Part shown: positions 56,470 to 61,926 of the stretch, piece after piece
How the letters are laid out: the number at the start of each line of letters is the position of its first letter
How positions within the stretch are numbered: the first letter of the stretch is position 1
Source: a virus
Taxonomy: Duplodnaviria; Caudoviricetes
Direction: 5' to 3' (one strand)
DNA length: 61,926 bases
Virus record (IMG/VR): IMGVR_UViG_3300021093_000075
Location: 1 to 61,926 of that record
Position numbers and translations under genes: made by a program
The notes under the pieces: model-generated
The model's input: only the letters and a program-made list of their open reading frames with translations
The model's database searches: none
Told to the model about the DNA's origin: nothing

Positions 56470-56855
56470 CCATTGAAATAACCAGAAAACGTAAAACCGT
56501 TTCGGTTACGGAAAAGAAATCTGACATTATTCAGGTTACCGAACCCGGAGTAGCAGGTCCACCAAACACCTTAACTGTTGGTACAGTCACTGTAGGTGAA
56601 ACAGCGACCACCATTACAGGCACAGCCCCCAATCAAGTGTTAAATCTTGTTCTTCCTCCTACAGGAAGGCATATCCATGCACAAACAACACCAGCTACGT
56701 CGTGGACAATAACCCACACATTGGGCGGTTATCCGTCTGTTTCCGTGGTAGACAGTGCAAAAACCGTTGTGTACGGAGAAATTACGTATATCAGCACTTC
56801 ACAAGTTGTAGTAAACTTTTCATCGGCGTTTTCCGGAAACGCCTTCCTAACGTAA
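56466..56855 (+). CDS. Putative tail fibre-associated protein
   Basis: WTITHTLGGYPSVSVVDS...FSGNAFL. Confidence 0.7.
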   Translation: MTIEITRKRKTVSVTEKKSDIIQVTEPGVAGPPNTLTVGTVTVGETATTITGTAPNQVLNLVLPPTGRHIHAQTTPATSWTITHTLGGYPSVSVVDSAKTVVYGEITYISTSQVVVNFSSAFSGNAFLT

Positions 56856-56865
56856 GGACTTTTTA

Positions 56866-58173
56866 ATGGCCCAGAAATTCCTGACAAACATTGATCTTAA
56901 CCAAAATCAATTGCTTAATGCCACCTTTGAGGTGCTTGCTACCGATCCCAATACGGGAAATTTTGATGGCCGACTCATCTTTAACAGCACCGAGGGTGTT
57001 ATTAAGGTTTACGATGCGGGTATTCCGGGTTGGCGTAAAGCCCTAACCTCACTTAGTGCTGCTGGGTCGCATTCTACGGCCCTTACTATTAGTGAGTCTA
57101 ATGGATCAGTTACTGTTACGCCAAACCTTGCTACTTCGGCAAATGCTGGCCTTATGTCGGCCTCCGACTACAGCAAATTGGAAGATGCCACATCTGAAAA
57201 TACTGCCAGCAAACTTGTTATTCGTAATGCCAGCGGTCAAGCAAAGTTTAGCACCCCAACCGATGATGCCCATGCTGCTACTAAGAGCTACGTTGACGCT
57301 GCCCGACAGGGTCTTGATGTCAAAAAGTCGGTGCGCGCAGCGACAACGGCGGCAATCAACCTCGCCACGGACCTTGAGGCTGGCGACGTAATCGACGGGG
57401 TAACCCTCGTAGCTGGCGACAGAGTCCTCGTCAAGAACCAAGTCACCGCCTCAGAAAACGGCATCTACGTCGCCGTTGCATCTGGCGCGGCTTCTCGCTC
57501 GTCCGATGCCAACGGAACCGCGGACACTGGCGAAATGTCGGGCGGCACGTTTACGTTCGTCGAGGAAGGCACCACGAACGCAGACCACGGGTTTGCCGTT
57601 TCATCCAATGGACCGCTTACCGTCGGCACGGATGCGATCAACTGGACGCAATTCTCTGGTACTGGTTCGTTTATCTCTGGTGATGGTTTGGTCAAGGATG
57701 GCAACACCATCAACGTCGTTGGAACTTCAAACAGAATTACGGTCAGTGCAGATGCGGTCGACATTGCCGCCGCCTACGTCGGTCAAGCAAGCATCACGAC
57801 ACTTGGAACAATTACTACAGGTGTTTGGAATGCAACCGACGTTGCAGTTGCGGACGGTGGTACTGGATCATCTACTGAATCTGGTGCACGTACTAATCTT
57901 GCATCTGCTGCGTCTGAGTCAACTGGTCGTACAACCAGCACCCCAGCGTTGGCTCGTGTTGCCAAACAAGGTTGCGCAGCAAGCGCTTCTGGCGTTTCAA
58001 CCACCACCGTTACCCATAACTTTGGCACTACTGACGTAGTTGTGCAGATTTACGAAGTTGCAACTGGCGCAACCGTTATTGGTGATGTAACCCGCTCCAA
58101 CGGCAACACGTTGTCGATTGTTCTACAAGGAACAATTGCGGCAAACGACTACACCATTGTTGTAACTGGTTAA
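56866..58173 (+). CDS. Tail fibre protein
   Basis: AATKSYVD, DGVTLVAGDRVLVKNQ..ENGIY, VADGGTG, THNFGTTDV. Confidence 0.8.
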   Translation: MAQKFLTNIDLNQNQLLNATFEVLATDPNTGNFDGRLIFNSTEGVIKVYDAGIPGWRKALTSLSAAGSHSTALTISESNGSVTVTPNLATSANAGLMSASDYSKLEDATSENTASKLVIRNASGQAKFSTPTDDAHAATKSYVDAARQGLDVKKSVRAATTAAINLATDLEAGDVIDGVTLVAGDRVLVKNQVTASENGIYVAVASGAASRSSDANGTADTGEMSGGTFTFVEEGTTNADHGFAVSSNGPLTVGTDAINWTQFSGTGSFISGDGLVKDGNTINVVGTSNRITVSADAVDIAAAYVGQASITTLGTITTGVWNATDVAVADGGTGSSTESGARTNLASAASESTGRTTSTPALARVAKQGCAASASGVSTTTVTHNFGTTDVVVQIYEVATGATVIGDVTRSNGNTLSIVLQGTIAANDYTIVVTG

Positions 58174-58219
58174 TAAAACATTAGGCCTTGAGGGGCAAGC
58201 ATAGAAAGCGATTGAGGTC

Positions 58220-59149
58220 GTGGCACAGAAATTTACAGTACCTATTACTGTCAAGCAGCTTAGTTCTGCTGGGTCCGATGCCATTACTGTTTTTGTTGAT
58301 GCTGATACTTATGCCAGATTAAAAATTGAGGCTGGTGGTCGACTTACTTGGGGCCCCGGTAACGGTGTTGGGGATGTAAACCTTTATCGAGCTGCGGCAA
58401 ATGTTTTAAAAACAGACGACACATTTAAAACCCCAACTTTGTTTGTTGATGAAATTGAAATTGATCCAACGGGTGCTCAATCTGATCACGTTCTTAAATT
58501 TGATGGAACTAAATTTGTTTCTGCTTCAGCGTCTTTTGGTAGTGCTAATAGTTCAACCATTTCTGTTTCTTCAAACTCACCAGAATCTCCTACTGAAGGA
58601 AACCTGTGGTTTGACTCAGAAACTGCACAGACATTTATCTATTACGATTCAAACTGGGTTGAGGTTGGTGGTTCTACTAATGGTGCGATCATGCAGGTCA
58701 GTTCTTCTGCGCCTGGGTCGCCACTTGAAGGCAGTATGTGGTTTGACTCCGACACCGCGCAAACATTTATTTACTACGACTCGCAGTGGGTTGAGGTCGG
58801 CGCGTCGGCAATGGCGGCTACCGTTTCCTCAAACGCACCGGTCAGCCCGATTTCTGGTCAGATATGGCTTAACGCAGATACGGGCGGTGTGTATGTGTAC
58901 TACTCTAATGTGTGGATTGAAGTTGGCGCAGTCCCACAACTGACGAGCGCCGTTATAACTACAGCGTTGGGGTACACACCATCGCCACCATTGACAAGCG
59001 CCGCCATAACCACGGCGTTGGGTTACACGCCAGCGCCACCATTGACGAGCGCCACCATCAATACGGCGCTAGGATACACGCCAGCAAATTCATCAACAGC
59101 GGCAACAACGGGCAAGGCAATTGCCATGTCCATCGTGTTCGGAGGATAA
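58220..59149 (+). CDS. Tail fibre-like protein with internal repeats
   Basis: 3x P..G.(L/M/I)W...(F/V).YY...W.EVG; 3x LTSA.I.TALGYTP; TGKAIAMSIVFG end. Confidence 0.75.
   Translation: MAQKFTVPITVKQLSSAGSDAITVFVDADTYARLKIEAGGRLTWGPGNGVGDVNLYRAAANVLKTDDTFKTPTLFVDEIEIDPTGAQSDHVLKFDGTKFVSASASFGSANSSTISVSSNSPESPTEGNLWFDSETAQTFIYYDSNWVEVGGSTNGAIMQVSSSAPGSPLEGSMWFDSDTAQTFIYYDSQWVEVGASAMAATVSSNAPVSPISGQIWLNADTGGVYVYYSNVWIEVGAVPQLTSAVITTALGYTPSPPLTSAAITTALGYTPAPPLTSATINTALGYTPANSSTAATTGKAIAMSIVFGG
58940..59083 (+). repeat. Three 51-bp tandem coding repeats
   Basis: Encode LTSA(V/A/T)I(T/N)TALGYTP. Confidence 0.8.
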
Positions 59150-59152
59150 ACC

Positions 59153-59830
59153 ATGACAGCACCAAACATCGTTGGAGTTACGACGATAAAGGGACAAACG
59201 GCATTCCTTGCCGTTACGACAACCCCGACGACCATCTTGAAAAACGAGGGCAGTAGCGCGGGCACGACCATCGTGGTCACCAACAGCGGTGCATCCGCTT
59301 ATGTTGTTGGTGGTTCAAATAATGCAACCTTGAACCTTACACGTGGCGCAACCTATACATTTCAGGTGAATGCAGTCGGTCATCCGTTTTGGATCCAGAC
59401 TTCGTCGGGTGCTTACAACGCAGCAAACGTCGTGACCTCTGGCATCAGGAACAACGGCATCGAACTTGGCTACATCACTTTTCAGGTTCCCGCCGACGCA
59501 CCGAACACCCTGTATTACGTCTGCCAAAACCATTCGGCTATGGCTGGCACAATAAACGTGGTAGGCACGGCGAGCAACTCCAACAAGGTGCTCAAGGTCA
59601 ACGCGCTGTACGTCTCCAACGTAGACGGGACGAACAACACAGATGTAACGGTGGACATTGTTCGGTCGGGAACTTCATACCGGATTGCCTCGACAATAAC
59701 CGTCCCAGCGGATGCGACATTAGACATCATCTCCAAGTCAATTTATCTTGAGGAAGGCGATCTACTTCGCGTCACCGCGTTCACTGCCGGTGACCTTGAA
59801 GCGGTCTGCTCGTACGAGGAGATTAGTTGA
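59153..59830 (+). CDS. Virion protein with inserted cupredoxin-like domain
   Basis: MTAPNIV...NVDG...LEEGD...SYEEIS scaffold with internal GHPFWI...LYYVCQNHSAMAG. Confidence 0.7.
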   Translation: MTAPNIVGVTTIKGQTAFLAVTTTPTTILKNEGSSAGTTIVVTNSGASAYVVGGSNNATLNLTRGATYTFQVNAVGHPFWIQTSSGAYNAANVVTSGIRNNGIELGYITFQVPADAPNTLYYVCQNHSAMAGTINVVGTASNSNKVLKVNALYVSNVDGTNNTDVTVDIVRSGTSYRIASTITVPADATLDIISKSIYLEEGDLLRVTAFTAGDLEAVCSYEEIS

Positions 59831-61188
59831 TGCGTAAGCGTGGTGGACGAACAGGACCGCACCAAGATATAAATTCGAGTGCTGCTTCTGGGATGTGGGA
59901 TTTAACCACCCATCAACAAACTAAGGGCGCAGGCTCTTGGGTACTACCCTCAACTCCACCTCAGTTTGCACCTACGAACCTTGCCCTCGTCTCAAAAACC
60001 CAGACCACGGCTACGGTTTCTTTTACCCCTCCCCCTGATGCTAACCCTCCCATCACTAACTACAAATACTACGTTTGGTCATCTGGAGGAGGGCCAGTCG
60101 AAGGTGAACTCAGCCCGGTGGATATAACAAGTCCAATAACTGTTACTGGACTAACGCATACAACAAGTTACACTTTATACATCGCCGCGGTCAACTCTTT
60201 GGGGGTAGGTCCCTGGAGCTCTTCCCTCAGTTTCTTCACTGATTGGAATAACGCACTTTTGAGTGTATTCATGTGCGGAGGAGGCGGTTCTGGTGGCACA
60301 TATGGCGGAGGCGGCGGTGGCGGCAACTGGGTGGAGTTGACAACTGCAAATGCTCAGTTCATCACGCCTGGAGTAACCTACTCAGTAGTAGTTGGCGCAG
60401 GCTCTTCAGGTACCGCAATTGAAGTCAATGCCTCAACAGGTGGTGCGTCATCGGCATTTGGTCAAGTAGCGTATGGCGGTGGTGATGGAGGTAGGTACAA
60501 CAATCGGGGCGCGGGCGGTGGTACAAATAACGGTGGTAGTGGTGCGTACATACAATCTAAATCCAATGGCGGATCGCTGCCGCCCCTAAACACTAGCTGG
60601 GTAGGGCAAACATCCGGCTACCGGGGTGGGGCGTTCCACATGGGAGGAGCATATGGTAGCGGTGGTGGCGCTGGATCCGCGTGGGATGGCGAGGATGCTC
60701 AAACCCCTCCCCAAAATTACTGGTGGATGACAAACGGTGGCAAGGGTGGAGATGGAAAATCGTTCTACAACCCAGTCATTGGGTCTTTCTGGTTCGGCGG
60801 TGGAGGTGGTGGAAGTGTCTTTGCGGGAGGCACCAGTTATTCAGGAACCGCAGGTGCTGGCGGTTACGGTGGCGGTGGAGGTGGAGGCGGCGGTTACACG
60901 TCGTCATATGGAGGCTGGGGAAACACAGCCTACGGCGGCTTTGGTCAGAGTGAGGCGAATGGTGGCCGGGGTGGTAATGGTGTTCCCAACTCTGGCGGTG
61001 GAGGTGGTGGAACCTCATATCTGCCCAGCAACGGCAGCACCCCTGGCGGCAACGGCGGCTCCGGAATAGTCATCATTACCACTCCTCCTAGTGCACCCTT
61101 AGCCACGGTCACGGGCAATCCGACCGTCAGCGATACCTTCTATTCCAAGAACTACATCTTTTATTCTTCTGGCTCAATAAGGTGGTAA
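59827..61188 (+). CDS. Fn3 + glycine-rich tail protein
   Basis: Fn3 (PITNYKY...AVNSLGVGPWS) followed by a GGGGGG-rich domain ending GGSGIVII. Confidence 0.8.
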   Translation: MMRKRGGRTGPHQDINSSAASGMWDLTTHQQTKGAGSWVLPSTPPQFAPTNLALVSKTQTTATVSFTPPPDANPPITNYKYYVWSSGGGPVEGELSPVDITSPITVTGLTHTTSYTLYIAAVNSLGVGPWSSSLSFFTDWNNALLSVFMCGGGGSGGTYGGGGGGGNWVELTTANAQFITPGVTYSVVVGAGSSGTAIEVNASTGGASSAFGQVAYGGGDGGRYNNRGAGGGTNNGGSGAYIQSKSNGGSLPPLNTSWVGQTSGYRGGAFHMGGAYGSGGGAGSAWDGEDAQTPPQNYWWMTNGGKGGDGKSFYNPVIGSFWFGGGGGGSVFAGGTSYSGTAGAGGYGGGGGGGGGYTSSYGGWGNTAYGGFGQSEANGGRGGNGVPNSGGGGGGTSYLPSNGSTPGGNGGSGIVIITTPPSAPLATVTGNPTVSDTFYSKNYIFYSSGSIRW

Positions 61189-61235
61189 ATGCTATGTTCT
61201 ATAATGTAAACCGACCGTCATAGGAGCGTAATCAA

Positions 61236-61604
61236 ATGGCACATTTTGCTCAAATCAACTCAGACAACGTGGTCACCCAAGTGATCGTCGTGTCCAACGA
61301 CGATTGTGGCGGAGGAACGTACCCCGCAAGCGACGCAATCGGTGCCGCGTTCTGCAGCAACCTGTTGGGTGGCACGTGGAAACAGACCTCGTACAACAAC
61401 AACTTCCGCAAGCGCTACGCGGGAATTGGGCACACTTTCAACAGTGCACTCGATGCCTTCATTACCCCCAAGCCGTACCCGTCCTGGACGCTGAACGAAG
61501 ACACCGCCGATTGGGAAGCGCCAGTTGAGCGACCTGAAGAAGGCATGTGGGCTTGGAACGAGGCCGATCAAAGGTGGGACGAATTTGAATTACTGGGGGC
61601 GTAA
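61236..61604 (+). CDS. Tail fibre-associated protein
   Basis: MAHFAQI...WKQTSYN..FRKRYAGIG...P.PYPSW; AGGAG RBS. Confidence 0.75.
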   Translation: MAHFAQINSDNVVTQVIVVSNDDCGGGTYPASDAIGAAFCSNLLGGTWKQTSYNNNFRKRYAGIGHTFNSALDAFITPKPYPSWTLNEDTADWEAPVERPEEGMWAWNEADQRWDEFELLGA

Positions 61605-61607
61605 TTC

Positions 61608-61926
61608 GTGCCCCTTTCCTTCCCTGCCAATCCGACAGTGGGACAGACCTACACGGTAGGAACTCGTACCTGGCAATGGGACGGAAGTATTTGGGCTATG
61701 CAGGCGATGACGCTCGGCGTAGCGAGCGTCTCCACGAGCGAGTTGGTTGATAGTGCGGTGACTACAGCAAAGATTGCTAATGCAAATGTTACTGCTGCAA
61801 AACTTGCGGCGACTGCCGCCATCCAACCAACGATTGTAGACGCTAAAGGTGATTTGATTGTCGGAACGGCAGATGATACGCCTGCCAGGTTGGCGGTCGG
61901 TACGAATGACCAAGTGTTAATGGCTC
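61608..61926 (+). CDS. Tail fibre-like protein (3' truncated)
   Basis: GTG start; FPANPTVGQTY..WQWDG; VTTAKI repeats; AKGDLIVGT. Confidence 0.7.
   Translation, partial: MPLSFPANPTVGQTYTVGTRTWQWDGSIWAMQAMTLGVASVSTSELVDSAVTTAKIANANVTAAKLAATAAIQPTIVDAKGDLIVGTADDTPARLAVGTNDQVLMA

Noticed and set aside
1-61926. tRNA/rRNA genes, integrase, transposase, reverse transcriptase/DGR, terminase and capsid genes
   Set aside because: None recognised by eye; tRNAscan-SE and HMM searches would be needed to exclude them formally

Overview
This window is about 62 kb of a tailed dsDNA phage genome, myovirus-like from its baseplate genes. The host is probably an actinobacterium, inferred from two WhiB genes and many leaderless TANNNT-N6-ATG promoters. 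Gene order: baseplate wedge genes (1-3.8 kb); a replication/recombination module (4.9-18.7 kb: HTH initiator with internal iterons, DnaC-like loader, DnaB, DnaG, SNF2 helicase, SSB, PolA, RecA, resolvases, Cas4-like nuclease); SpoVS and a block of basic/disordered proteins (18.7-26 kb); WhiB and transglycosylase genes plus an early-type block of small genes that becomes GC- and TCGA-rich (28.5-43.5 kb); about 1 kb of repeat-rich non-coding DNA (43.5-44.46 kb); and tail-fibre-type genes (55.7 kb to the end). The standout is a 10 kb array of 21 genes (44467-54646). Twenty of them carry the same short peptide tag, consensus M-A-A-x-D-H-L-x-x-x-Q-(F/L): 16 at the N-terminus and 4 near the C-terminus. 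The tag is fused to unrelated catalytic domains: Arr-like and other ADP-ribosyltransferase folds, GNAT acetyltransferases, Cys-His-Asp papain/transglutaminase-like enzymes, ParB/Srx and a zincin. This looks like a tag-addressed, modular effector arsenal, possibly packaged in the capsid and injected. All product calls come from motif recognition by eye; no database searches were run.
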